Part shown: positions 19,499 to 29,737 of the stretch, one piece after another
Layout of the letters: each line of letters opens with the position of its first letter
Position numbering within the stretch: position 1 is the first letter of the stretch
Assembly: GCA_963663405.2 (NCBI GenBank)
Contig: CAXXSM010000053.1
Location: 194,568-258,567, forward strand
Length of the DNA stretch: 64,000 bases
Source of the DNA: a bacterium
Lineage (GTDB): Bacteria; Hinthialibacterota; Hinthialibacteria; Hinthialibacterales; Hinthialibacteraceae
Direction: 5' to 3'
Made by a program: the position numbers and the translations under genes
The notes under the pieces: model-generated
Database searches by the model: none
What the model was told of the DNA's origin: nothing
What the model saw: only the letters and a program-made list of their open reading frames with translations

Positions 19499-22400
19499 AT
19501 GAAAACGCGCAAAAACACCATGTCGATCTTCATCCTGGTTTCGTTGCTAGGATTTATTTCCTTCATTTATCCCGCGAGCGCGCAAAATCCGACGGCGAAA
19601 ATTACCCCGGTTCCCAGCGCCCAAAGTGAAACGGCCATTACGATTCCAGATTTGGAGAACCAGAAAAAGAAGATTGAAGCGACAAAAACGCTTGATGATG
19701 AGAATAAGACCAACGTATTGGGATTGTACGATCAGGCGATCCAACAGATCAAATCCGCGAACGATTGGGCCGCGAAAGCCGCGAGTTATGACAAAGCGAT
19801 TCAGGACGCGCCCACGTTTCTCGAATCCTTGCAAAAAGAATTGGCGAAGCCTGTTGTTGACGCTACGCCTGCCATTGATCCTAAATGGACGTTACCCGAT
19901 GTTGAGCCTTTGCTGGCGAAAGCGGAAGCGGATTATAGCGCCGCGCAAAACAATTTGGCGGATTTACACACGGAAGAAAAGAAGCGTGTCACGAGGCGGA
20001 CCGATATTCCCACTCAAATCGCCCAAGCAAAAGAGCGGCTGAAAGGAGTCGATGCCCAGCTCTCCACTCCCATGCCGGCGGATGGGATCGCCGAACTCAA
20101 CCAGGTGGAGAGAACGCTTCTCCAGACGAAGAAAAGAGCGTTGGAGCAAGAGAGCAACGCCTATGAGAAAGAACTTCTCAGTTATAACGCCCGTGGCAAC
20201 TTGATCTTGGCGCGGATCGATTTCGCGTCACGGCAATTGAATCAACAAGAAAAGAATGTGAAATTCTGGCGGACTCTCGCCGCTGGAATGCGTCAGAAGC
20301 AGGCGGAGGAAGAGGCGCGCAAAGCGAGAGCGCAGACGGTGGAAGCGGCGCGGGAACATCCTCTGTTGAAATCGCTCGCTGAATTCAATTCCAAACTGGC
20401 CGAAAAGAGAACCGGTCCAAACGGGCTGGCGAACCGGCTAAAGAAAGCCGAAGAAGACCTGAACCAAGTTAAAAAGCTCCTAGACACGTCGCAGAGTAAT
20501 TATGAGGATATTCGAGCCCGCCTACAGGCGACGGGACTCACGCACGGTATCGGGGTGTTGTTGCGCAAGCAGCGAACGGAGATTATCGATCTCCGCCTGC
20601 ATCAACGAAATATCCGGCGCCGGCAAACGGAGTTGTCGGAAGCGCAGTTGGAATGGTTCGATTATAAAAGTCAGCGGAGTGATTTATCAGATATTGAAAC
20701 AACCGTTCAAACTTCCCTCGCCACGCTTCCTGAGGCGACGGAAGCCGTACGTAATGAGTTGACGCCCCGGATTGAAGAAATCCTCAATACACGAAAAAAC
20801 ATCCTGCAAGCGTTAAGCAATGACTATGACGATTATATTAATAAATTAATCAACCTCGATATCGCGGAGCGTAATCTGATTGAACAGACTTCGAAATTCA
20901 AAGAGTATATTGATGAACATATTCTTTGGATTCGAAGCGCGAAAATTCTTGGACTCTCGGATACCGCTAATTTATTGAAGGCCTTGAGTTGGATCATTGA
21001 TTATCATGGTTGGCGGATTGTGCTCGTAAGTCTTTGGGAAGATTGTGTTAACAATGTTTCCATATATGTCGTCTGTATGGTGTTATACCTCCTCTTACTC
21101 TATGGCCGGTTCAAGTGGGCTCCCCGTATTATTGCTCTGTCTGACAAAGGAAGACGGAAGAATCTATCGGATACCTTTGCCGATACGGTGGAATGTTTAG
21201 TCAATACGCTCTTCATCTCGTTTTTCCTTCCACTGCTTATTGGATTTATCGCTTGGCGCCTTTCGTTATATGATGGGAATTCGGAATATCCACTCGCGGT
21301 GACATCCGGTTTATACACAGGCGCCGTCATCTTCTATTCATTGGAATTTCTACGGTATGTCTGCCAATCCAAAGGCTTGGGGGAAGCGCATTTTCATTGG
21401 TCCGTGGAGAAATTGCAACCTCTCCGGCGGGGGCTTCTCTGGTTTATGCCTGCGTTTTTAATCATTGCGTTTTCCTTTGCCATGATTGAATGGCAAAGTT
21501 CGCAGGAATACAAAGACACATTAGGCCGATTATTATTCATCGCTGGGATGTGCGCGATTGGTGTTTTTATTAGACAATCAATGGTTGGTTTCGCCAAGAT
21601 TCCCGCGCATCAGACCGGCGTATGGACGTTGCATTCCTTAGATCAACGGCACTATATGTGGTATACGATTGCGCCGTATTTCCCCTTCGGATTAGCGATC
21701 TTGGCGTTCACTGGTTATTACTACACGGCGATTCAACTCAATTGGCGGTGTATCAGCACACTCTGGCTGGCGCTTGGCCTCTTGATTATGAATAGTTTGA
21801 TCCAACGCTGGATCTTTTTGACACGCCGAAACATCGCTTTCCAGGAATTGCAGCGGAAACGCGCTCTACAACTAGAAAGCGAAAGTGAAACCAGCGTCGA
21901 AACGGCGCCGCAGGAGATGGTTATTGAAGAAGCCGAATTGGATATCAAGGCGATTAATGAACAGACGAGAACCTTGATTCGCAGTTTTTTGGCATTGGGA
22001 TTTTTATTGGGACTTGGATTGATCTGGTTTGATATGCTCCCTGCGCTGGATTTTCTCGATCGTGTAGAACTGTGGGAGTATGGCGAGCAGACAGTAACCA
22101 CCGCCGTGGAAGAGGGAACGGGGGCGGAGGTGGGTCCAGTTATGGAAAAAAGCGTCGTCACATTAAAAAATATTCTAATCGCGTTTCTCATATTGGCGAT
22201 GATGATTATTTCCACCAAGAATTTGCCGGGTTTGCTTGAAATGTTAGTGTTACAGAAAATGCAGATGGATGTAGGGGCTCGTTATGCGTACACGACTGTC
22301 GCTCGTTATATTATCACATTCGTCGGTGTGATTTTGCTGTGTGGATCGTTGGGGATCCGCTGGTCGTCCATTCAGTGGTTGATTGCGGCGATGACTGTGG

Positions 22401-22978
22401 GGCTTGGATTCGGGCTGCAGGAGATTTTCGCGAATTTTGTCTCCGGTTTGATAATTCTCTTTGAGCGTCCCATTCGGATTGGGGATACGATCACCGTGGG
22501 TGATACCACGGGGATCGTTTCAAAAATACGCATTCGTGGCACAACGGTGACTAATTGGGACCGGAAAGAACTGATCATTCCTAATAAGGAATTTATTACC
22601 GGACAGGTGATCAACTGGTCGTTAAGCGATAAGGTTCTGCGGGTGGTGATTCCGGTGGGGATCGCGTATGGATCTGATGTCGAAAAGGCGCATGAACTTT
22701 TATTAAAAGTTGCGGAGGAGAATGAAAATATTTTGGACGATCCGGCTCCCAAAGTTTCGTTTGAATCCTTTGGTGAGAGTTCGTTGGATTTTGTCCTTCG
22801 CGCTTTCATCCCAAGGATCGGTGTGATGTTAACAACAAAAGATGAATTGCATTGCGCCATTGACCGGGAATTTCGAAAGGCTGGAATTGAGATCGCCTTC
22901 CCACAGCGCGATATTCATATTCGAAGTGTAGAGCAGCCGCTTTTTACGAATCAGAAGAACGACACTGAGGATCTTTAA
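19499..22978 (+). CDS. mscK: Large mechanosensitive channel, MscK/KefA-like (MscS family)
   Basis: Signal peptide, long coiled-coil periplasmic region, many TMs, GLGFGLQEIFANFVSGLIILFERPIRIGD, IEIAFPQRDIHI. Confidence 0.9.
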   Translation: MKTRKNTMSIFILVSLLGFISFIYPASAQNPTAKITPVPSAQSETAITIPDLENQKKKIEATKTLDDENKTNVLGLYDQAIQQIKSANDWAAKAASYDKAIQDAPTFLESLQKELAKPVVDATPAIDPKWTLPDVEPLLAKAEADYSAAQNNLADLHTEEKKRVTRRTDIPTQIAQAKERLKGVDAQLSTPMPADGIAELNQVERTLLQTKKRALEQESNAYEKELLSYNARGNLILARIDFASRQLNQQEKNVKFWRTLAAGMRQKQAEEEARKARAQTVEAAREHPLLKSLAEFNSKLAEKRTGPNGLANRLKKAEEDLNQVKKLLDTSQSNYEDIRARLQATGLTHGIGVLLRKQRTEIIDLRLHQRNIRRRQTELSEAQLEWFDYKSQRSDLSDIETTVQTSLATLPEATEAVRNELTPRIEEILNTRKNILQALSNDYDDYINKLINLDIAERNLIEQTSKFKEYIDEHILWIRSAKILGLSDTANLLKALSWIIDYHGWRIVLVSLWEDCVNNVSIYVVCMVLYLLLLYGRFKWAPRIIALSDKGRRKNLSDTFADTVECLVNTLFISFFLPLLIGFIAWRLSLYDGNSEYPLAVTSGLYTGAVIFYSLEFLRYVCQSKGLGEAHFHWSVEKLQPLRRGLLWFMPAFLIIAFSFAMIEWQSSQEYKDTLGRLLFIAGMCAIGVFIRQSMVGFAKIPAHQTGVWTLHSLDQRHYMWYTIAPYFPFGLAILAFTGYYYTAIQLNWRCISTLWLALGLLIMNSLIQRWIFLTRRNIAFQELQRKRALQLESESETSVETAPQEMVIEEAELDIKAINEQTRTLIRSFLALGFLLGLGLIWFDMLPALDFLDRVELWEYGEQTVTTAVEEGTGAEVGPVMEKSVVTLKNILIAFLILAMMIISTKNLPGLLEMLVLQKMQMDVGARYAYTTVARYIITFVGVILLCGSLGIRWSSIQWLIAAMTVGLGFGLQEIFANFVSGLIILFERPIRIGDTITVGDTTGIVSKIRIRGTTVTNWDRKELIIPNKEFITGQVINWSLSDKVLRVVIPVGIAYGSDVEKAHELLLKVAEENENILDDPAPKVSFESFGESSLDFVLRAFIPRIGVMLTTKDELHCAIDREFRKAGIEIAFPQRDIHIRSVEQPLFTNQKNDTEDL

Positions 22979-23205
22979 GCCACACCAATATACCTTCTCA
23001 CTTTACAATCCGGATTCAAACCGCTGAAGACGTGACGATACAATGGGCGCAATATGTGTATCGCCGGTCTTATTCATATAGGGTTCCTCTATCCATAACC
23101 ATATTACATGGTTTATAATGCAAATTCAGGTTTTTTTGCAGTTTCATTAGTACACAATCGAAACTATACGATTTAGTTTGTGTCATCAAGATTGAGGCTA
23201 ATTCC

Positions 23206-24633
23206 ATGTCTAAAAAAAAAGAGGTACAGAAAAAAGAAACAGACAGTCAAGAAAGCGCCGGTGAATCGAAAACTCCTAATCCAGCCGTCACCGCTCTCGT
23301 GTCTGTCGTGAGGTTTTTTCAGGAACGCCGGTGGGAGAAATACTCACGCGCCGTATGGGACGCTGTTTCGAAGGGGCGGTTCGCCTCATTATTTATGTTC
23401 TTTTTGTTAGGATTGGTGATTTTTGTCTTTCTGTTTTGCACTGTTCATAGCCGGCCGATCAGCCAGTGTGAGTTTCCAGCCCGGTATCATGATGTGATTA
23501 AAGTCTGGATCGAGCATGGTTTCTTCAAACATATGGGAATGCGGTTCGGTCAGCCGGTGGACCAGAATCCTGAAGAGATCATTCTCTGGTTGTCCTATCC
23601 AATGAATTTTATTCAAGGCGCGCATCTGCTGCAACGGATCAGTTATTTTATTTGGGGGGAATTCAGTCCTTTATTGATGGTTTTACATAACCAGGGGATT
23701 GTATGGATTAGTTCGGCATTGTTAGGATTTCTCGCGTTTCGGCTTTGTCTGCGGTTGCAGCTCGATCCATTTCACGCCCTGTTGCTGGGCGTGTCCTGCC
23801 AGGCCGTGCACCAGACCTTTCCGTATAACCTATGGTATTATTGGGAAATCTGGCAGACGACCACGATGTTGATTTTCGCCATTCTTTATTTGATCGTTTT
23901 GGAGCGAACGACTCTAGAGGCTGCGTTGAAACCTTGGATTCACCGTCTTCGCGCGTTCGCGATTTTCTGTATTTTCTCGATTGAACATATCGGTGGTTTT
24001 TTGTACATTGCGTGTTCCTATTTGGTGATGGGCGTGTTGAACCGTACGTTGATTAAAAAACAGAAATTTCTTGTGACCGTTCTCTTACCCGCTTGCGCCG
24101 CTTTGGGAATTTTCGCCGCTCAGCGGTGTATTGTGCAATACTGGTATCCGCATTTAAAAACGCATGCGAGCACATTCATGAAACGTACTGGATTTGATGG
24201 CTCGACGACGTATTATTTGGATCATTCCGATATTTTGCATCATAACCGGGATCCCTATATTGGCCGGTGGAAGTATTTCTTTATTGGTGGAGTGGCGTCG
24301 ATTCTCTTTCTCGTTGCGTTTTCGATCAAAGATCCCGCAATCCGGCCCGCGTTGTTCATCGTCATGACTTCGCTGGGATTGTATGTCCTATGGGCGTTTT
24401 TGTTTGGGCAGGGGGTGATTCTGCATCCCTGGTGCGCCGATACGTATTTGGTGGTAACGATGGCGCTTTCTCTGTTCGCGGTTTTCCCGGCCGCTCTCGA
24501 ACGGTTAACGAAGTATACAGGGATTTTTGTGTTGATCTTCACGGTTCTCGCGTTCTGTTATTGCATGGTGCAATTGCGCCAGTACGCGCTCAAATGTCCG
24601 ATTACTCAATTGGAGAGAGGGCCGAAATTTTAA
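23206..24633 (+). CDS. Hypothetical polytopic membrane protein (possibly GT-C-like)
   Basis: 475 aa with about 11 hydrophobic segments; no decisive motif. Confidence 0.7.
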   Translation: MSKKKEVQKKETDSQESAGESKTPNPAVTALVSVVRFFQERRWEKYSRAVWDAVSKGRFASLFMFFLLGLVIFVFLFCTVHSRPISQCEFPARYHDVIKVWIEHGFFKHMGMRFGQPVDQNPEEIILWLSYPMNFIQGAHLLQRISYFIWGEFSPLLMVLHNQGIVWISSALLGFLAFRLCLRLQLDPFHALLLGVSCQAVHQTFPYNLWYYWEIWQTTTMLIFAILYLIVLERTTLEAALKPWIHRLRAFAIFCIFSIEHIGGFLYIACSYLVMGVLNRTLIKKQKFLVTVLLPACAALGIFAAQRCIVQYWYPHLKTHASTFMKRTGFDGSTTYYLDHSDILHHNRDPYIGRWKYFFIGGVASILFLVAFSIKDPAIRPALFIVMTSLGLYVLWAFLFGQGVILHPWCADTYLVVTMALSLFAVFPAALERLTKYTGIFVLIFTVLAFCYCMVQLRQYALKCPITQLERGPKF

Positions 24634-24744
24634 GATTCTCATTGAGATGGAGAAAAAGAAGATGACCATGCATTTTATTAAATCCCTTGGATTAATTATT
24701 TTATAAAATTCAAATTGGATTATGCATAGTTTGGAGGAAACAGT

Positions 24745-26769
24745 ATGAAATCGTTACGGAATCTAATTCTATTATTTATGATCGCGGCGCTAGTCAGCGC
24801 GGCGGAGGATATGCCAACGGGAGCTAAATTTACGAATTCGCTGGGGATGGAATTTGTCCGGATTGAGCCGGGCTCGTTCCGGCTGGGGATTGGAGAGACA
24901 CCGCTGCCGGATGAGTTAACTGTGAAGAAGCATTTGAAAAACGGCGATTATGATGAGCGGCCCGTGCGGGAAGTGACAATTTCGAAACCATTTTTTATGG
25001 GCGTCTATGAGGTGACGAATGAACAATACGAACAGTTTGATCCTCAGCACAAAACGCTGCGGGGAAAACTGGGATTTTCCAAAGAAGATAAAGAAGCGGT
25101 GGTGTATGTGAGTTGGTTTGAGGCGGTTCAATTCTGCGAATGGCTTTCGAAGAAGGAAGGACTGCCGTATCGTCTGCCAACCGAAGCGGAATGGGAATAC
25201 GCCGCTCGCGCCGGTTCGGACTCGAATTATTCCTGTGGCCCGGTTCTAACGGAAGAGGTTTATCGCGGATGGGCGCGTGTGAGCTGGTATCCTGATCCAG
25301 CGCGCAGTGATCAATCGGAAATTGTCTCTCTGCTGGGGGGCCAGACGAATCCTAATGCTTGGGGATTGTATGACATGCATGGCTGCGTGGAGGAGTGGAT
25401 TCATGATTGGTACGGCTCCTATAGTGAGACGGATCGCGTTGATCCGGTTGGGCGCGTCAGCGGTCTCTTTCGCGTTGTGCGGGGCGGGGCGCATTCGACG
25501 GAATTGTATTATCTGCGTTCGTCAAACCGGATGGGGAATCTGCCGCAGGATAAACATTGGCTGATCGGCTTCCGTGTCGTGTTGGGGCCTATGCCGGAGA
25601 CGGATCCTTTGCCGCCACCGCCTCTCGAACGCCACCAGCGCGGAGTCAGTCAAGTTGTTCCAGCCGATTTGAAAACGGGGCCTGATCCGAAGATTCCTTA
25701 TTTCAAAGGACCAAGGAAGTATGTGAATATTCCACCCGAATCCAATGGACCGATGTTTTCGCGGCACAATCACGATCCGGCGTTGGTGGATTGCCCGAAT
25801 GGGGATTTACTGGCGATCTGGTATACCTGCGTGGAAGAGCGGGGCAGGGAACTGGGCTTGTTGGCGAGCCGTCTGCGGTATGGACAGGAGGAATGGGAGC
25901 CGGCGTCGCCGTTTTGGGATGTCCCCGATCGGAACGATCATGCGCCTGCGATGTATTTTGATGGGGAGAAGACGATTTATCAATTTGGCGGTCTTTCCGC
26001 CGCGGCGACGTGGGGAAACTTGGCGACGGTGATGCGTGTCTCCACCGACAGTGGGGCGTCGTGGTCGGCTCCACAAATAATTATCCCCGAACATGGGACT
26101 CAACATATGCCCGTTGAATCGGTTTTCCGGATGAAGGATGGGACGATCGTTCTGCCCTGTGACGCGGTGACCGGCGGGAAAGGTGGAACGGTGATTCACC
26201 TGAGTAAGGATGAGGGAAAAACGTGGAAGCAGGCGGGCGGAATCATCGCGGGGATTCATGCGGGAGTCGTAGAGATCGGCGCCGGGCATTTATTAGCGTT
26301 GGGGCGCGGCGATACGATTGATGGAAAAATGCCGATGAGTATTTCAACGGACCGGGGAGAAACCTGGACGCGGAAAGCGAGTCCGTTTCCGCCGATCAGC
26401 GGGGGACAGCGGTTGGCTTTGCTGCGTTTGCGGGAAGGGCCGCTGTTTCTTGCATCGTTCGCCAATGAGCCGGTGACGATCACGGACGCGTCTGACGCGC
26501 AGCGGTCAGTGAAAGGCCTGTTCGCGGCGTTGTCGTATGATGATGGCGCGGCGTGGACGATTCGGCGGCCGATCAGTGATGATGGGGAAGGGCGTCAAGT
26601 GGAATCAACCGATGGAGGTATGTTCACGATGAACGCGAGCCAGGGGGAACCGAAGGGGTATCTCTCCGTCACGCAGACGCCCAACGGTATGATTCACTTG
26701 ATTAGCAGCCGGCAGCATTACGCTTTTAATTTTGCTTGGCTCGAAGCGGCTGCCCCAGCGTTGGATTGA
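24745..26769 (+). CDS. Secreted fusion of an FGE-sulfatase (SUMF1)-like domain and a BNR/sialidase propeller
   Basis: NSLGMEFVRI, RLPTEAEWEYAARAG, PNAWGLYDMHG, GFRVV; then Asp boxes STDSGASW, SKDEGKTW, STDRGETW, SYDDGAAW. Confidence 0.85.
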   Translation: MKSLRNLILLFMIAALVSAAEDMPTGAKFTNSLGMEFVRIEPGSFRLGIGETPLPDELTVKKHLKNGDYDERPVREVTISKPFFMGVYEVTNEQYEQFDPQHKTLRGKLGFSKEDKEAVVYVSWFEAVQFCEWLSKKEGLPYRLPTEAEWEYAARAGSDSNYSCGPVLTEEVYRGWARVSWYPDPARSDQSEIVSLLGGQTNPNAWGLYDMHGCVEEWIHDWYGSYSETDRVDPVGRVSGLFRVVRGGAHSTELYYLRSSNRMGNLPQDKHWLIGFRVVLGPMPETDPLPPPPLERHQRGVSQVVPADLKTGPDPKIPYFKGPRKYVNIPPESNGPMFSRHNHDPALVDCPNGDLLAIWYTCVEERGRELGLLASRLRYGQEEWEPASPFWDVPDRNDHAPAMYFDGEKTIYQFGGLSAAATWGNLATVMRVSTDSGASWSAPQIIIPEHGTQHMPVESVFRMKDGTIVLPCDAVTGGKGGTVIHLSKDEGKTWKQAGGIIAGIHAGVVEIGAGHLLALGRGDTIDGKMPMSISTDRGETWTRKASPFPPISGGQRLALLRLREGPLFLASFANEPVTITDASDAQRSVKGLFAALSYDDGAAWTIRRPISDDGEGRQVESTDGGMFTMNASQGEPKGYLSVTQTPNGMIHLISSRQHYAFNFAWLEAAAPALD

Positions 26770-26796
26770 ATGTAAAGTATGTTTCTGGAACGTAGA

Positions 26797-26830
26797 CCAG
26801 GGCAGATGAAAAACCTTGCCCTGGCTACCC
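26797..26830. repeat. REP-like palindrome (family B)
   Basis: ccagggcagatgaaaaaccttgccctggctaccc; matches copies at 29133, 52156, 52327 and 56361. Confidence 0.8.
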
Positions 26831-26913
26831 GACGGCTGTTTCATCGTTGAATTGAATGTAAACTATTCATATTTAATGGAATCAATAGATCTGAATTGGG
26901 AAAGGAGAGACTG

Positions 26914-27489
26914 ATGAAAGTTGTCGCGTTTAATGGCAGCGCCCGCAAGAAAGGCAACACCGAGATTATGATTCAATCTGTATTCGGTGAATTGAAGAAA
27001 AAAGATATTGATACGGAATCGATCTCATTGGCGGGGAAAAAGATCCGTGGATGTGTCGCGTGTTATAAGTGTTTTAAAAACAAAGACAAGCGTTGCGCGG
27101 TGAAGGGGGATATCATCAATGAGTGCATTGAAAAAATGCTGAAAGCGGATGGTATCATACTTGCGTCGCCGACGTATTTCGCGGATGTCTCGGCGGAGAT
27201 GAAAGCGCTGATCGATCGGGCGGGATTGGTGTCGCGGGCGAATGATGATATGTTCAAACGCAAAGTGGGCGCTTCGATTGTTACCGCGCGCCGGGGGGGG
27301 GAGATTCACGCGTTTGATACGATGAATCATTTCTTTCTGATCGGGCAGATGGTCGTGCCCGGTTCGATTTATTGGAATATGGGATTTGGAAAAGACAAAG
27401 GGGAAGTGGAGAAGGATGAAGAGGGGATCTTGACGATGAAAACCCTTGGGAAAAACATGGCTTGGTTGTTGAAAAAGATTAATGAGTGA
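26914..27489 (+). CDS. Iron-sulfur flavoprotein / NADPH-dependent FMN reductase family
   Basis: NGSARKKGNT; CVACYKC...C cysteine motif; ASPTYF; KALIDR; RRGG. AAAGGAG RBS. Confidence 0.9.
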   Translation: MKVVAFNGSARKKGNTEIMIQSVFGELKKKDIDTESISLAGKKIRGCVACYKCFKNKDKRCAVKGDIINECIEKMLKADGIILASPTYFADVSAEMKALIDRAGLVSRANDDMFKRKVGASIVTARRGGEIHAFDTMNHFFLIGQMVVPGSIYWNMGFGKDKGEVEKDEEGILTMKTLGKNMAWLLKKINE

Positions 27490-27504
27490 TGGGAAATGAG
27501 AGAG

Positions 27505-27527
27505 GAACGGCGCGTTTCGCGCCGTTC
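27505..27527. terminator. Hairpin between convergent genes, candidate terminator
   Basis: gaacggcgcg-ttt-cgcgccgttc, a perfect 10-bp stem followed by tgtttat. Confidence 0.55.
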
Positions 27528-27549
27528 TGTTTATGTGATTCCGCAACGA

Positions 27550-28620
27550 TTAGAAGTAGCCTTGTTCGATGAGGTATTCCGCCGCGAGGAGTTCGCCTTT
27601 GGCGGCGCCGCGTTTGGTGTTGTGGGACAGGGCGCAGTATTTTAAACCGTTCTTACCGAACACTTCATCCGGCCGGATTCGTCCAACGACTGTTGACATT
27701 CCCCCGCCGAGTTCACGGTCGAGTCGAGGCTGGGGCCGGTTGTCTTCCTCTTTGACCACGATGGTTTCTTCCGGCGCGGAAGGCAGATGGCCGAAGGCTT
27801 TTTTGCATTCCGCGTTGTACTCAGCAATCACTTTTTTATAGTCGTCCGGCGTACAGGGTTTTTCCGTTTCCACAAAAATGGAGAGGAAATGGCCGTCGAG
27901 TGTGGGGACGCGGGTGCAGGTGCAGCTGACGGGGATATTCGCGTTGACCACGTTTCCATTTACAAACTTGCCCAATGTTTTTACGGTTTCGAGAACGACT
28001 TTGCCTTCTTCTTTTGCGATGAAGGGATAAACGTTGTCAACAATGTCCATCGCCGAGTGGCCGGGATAACCCGCGCCGGAGAGGGCCTGAAGTGAGGTCA
28101 TGAAGACGCTCTTGATTCCGAAATTTTCCATGATGGGTTTAAGGGAGATGATGAGTCCCATCGTTGTGCAGTTGGGGCCGGGCACGACGAAGCCTTTCCA
28201 GCCGCGCTCTTTCTGCTGGGTTTTGATGAGGGGGCTGTGTTCCGCGTTGACTTCCGGAACGAGGACTGGGACGTCGTCTTGATAGCGAAACGCGGAAGCG
28301 GTGCTGATTACGGGTTTCAATGCGGCGCAGCGGCCTTCGATTTCGCCCGCCGTGTCGGAGGGCAGCGCGGAGAAGACGACATCGTATTTGTCGAGTTCAT
28401 TCACGGCTTCAAGGGTGTTTTTAACACCCATTTGGGCGATGTCCTGGCTGAGGGGTTCGGGGCTGTGCCAGACCGCCGCTGTTCCATACGATTTCCCGGC
28501 GGACCGCTCTGAGGCGTATAGTCCAGTAATCTCAAACCAGGGATGCCCGACAAGGGCTTCGATAAATTGTTGACCCGCAACGCCGGTCGCTCCTAGAATC
28601 GCCGCTTTTTTCTTTTGCAT
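27550..28620 (-). CDS. asd: Aspartate-semialdehyde dehydrogenase (archaeal/eukaryote-like subtype)
   Basis: LGATGVAGQ, FSALPS, VPEVN, PNCTT (catalytic Cys), QALSGAGYPG, CTRVPTLDGH, RPQPRLDR, HNTKRGAA. Confidence 0.95.
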   Translation of the reverse strand: MQKKKAAILGATGVAGQQFIEALVGHPWFEITGLYASERSAGKSYGTAAVWHSPEPLSQDIAQMGVKNTLEAVNELDKYDVVFSALPSDTAGEIEGRCAALKPVISTASAFRYQDDVPVLVPEVNAEHSPLIKTQQKERGWKGFVVPGPNCTTMGLIISLKPIMENFGIKSVFMTSLQALSGAGYPGHSAMDIVDNVYPFIAKEEGKVVLETVKTLGKFVNGNVVNANIPVSCTCTRVPTLDGHFLSIFVETEKPCTPDDYKKVIAEYNAECKKAFGHLPSAPEETIVVKEEDNRPQPRLDRELGGGMSTVVGRIRPDEVFGKNGLKYCALSHNTKRGAAKGELLAAEYLIEQGYF

Positions 28621-28987
28621 GATTCGTTTCGCTCCATTCCCAAATCGGTGTCCGATTTATGGATCTTGTCTGTAAAATAGCTAAATATGATAACCGCCTT
28701 CATCCATTCCATGAAGAGAAACGATTGTAAGATTCATTTTTTTTTCTATTATTTTTTTTATGTTGGGCGCCCAACGTTCTTCTTAGGGGCTTTTTATATC
28801 CTTGTTCGCGTTGGCTGTTACTTTCTTTGACCCATGAATAGCGATGGACCGTGGCTTTATTCCCAGGAACACTGCCGATTCGCCTGGATCCCTTGTTTCC
28901 GCCTCGCCAGCGAAACGTGGGATCGACGGCTCTTTTCACAGCGCTTCTTTGATGCTGCCGGCCGCGGCTAGCACGCGGCGTCCCCTA

Positions 28988-29706
28988 CTAATATAAATTA
29001 GGCCGCAAAATTGGGGAGTTATGGATTGGATGTGGGGGGGGAGGAGAGGGGTGGTGTTATGGGTTTTGTGGATGTTGTGATGGGCTGCGCTTCGTATTTT
29101 GCCTACCGGGCTTGATAGTTCTGCTCATCAATGCCAGGGCAGAAAAAAGCCTTGCCCTGGGTACCCAGTTATGGGTTGGTTTTTGTGTATACGGAGGGGG
29201 GGAAGGAGAGCGGTGGTGTTGTGGGTTTGGTGGATGTAGTGATGGGCTACGCTTCGCTTTTAGCCCATCCTACCGGATTACCGAGTTGGAGGTTTTGTTT
29301 TTATCTCTTCGATCGACCAGTTTATCTTTGTGTTTATTCTACCGCGCCTGGAGATCGGCGATAATTTCCATCATGTTGTGATGGTGTTTTTCGGTATACG
29401 AATCCCGGATTCGCCATACCTCTTGTATGATTTCATCTTTATACATTTAACTTATGATTGACGTTTCAATGTAGACGCTCTTCTTCATTTTTCCAAGCTA
29501 GCATTCCACAGACGAATTCGCAACCTTAAGAAGAAAGGGCTACGCTTTGTTTTTAGCTTATTCTATCGGGCTAATATAAATTAGGCCGCAAAATTTTGGG
29601 AGTTATGGGTTGGGGTTGTGGATACGGTGGGGAAGAGTGGTGGTGTTGTGAGTTTTGTGGATGTTGTGATGGGCTACGCTTCGCTTTTAGCCCATCCTAC
29701 CGGATT
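28988..29706. repeat. Composite repeat region: three G/T-rich units of about 110-130 bp ending in family A REPs, plus one family B REP
   Basis: ctaatataaattaggccgcaaaatt is identical at 28988 and 29571; gatgggctacgcttcgcttttagcccatcctac occurs at 29241 and 29668; family B copy at 29133-29166. Confidence 0.8.
29270..29488 (-). pseudogene. Remnant PIN-domain toxin start plus downstream small partner gene with an in-frame stop
   Basis: 29488-29447 encodes MKKSVYIETSIIS* (PIN-family N-terminus). 29446 onward encodes MYKDEIIQEVWRIRDSYTEKHHHNMMEIIADLQAR*(TAG)NKHKDKLVDRR. Confidence 0.65.
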
Positions 29707-29737
29707 TTTCGCCTGGAACTAGAGTTGGAGGTTCATT

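Noticed and set aside
28630-28985. Possible lysine riboswitch or leader upstream of asd
   Set aside because: No recognisable lysine-riboswitch consensus; only a short palindrome (gttgggcgcccaac) and a partial GTAG REP.
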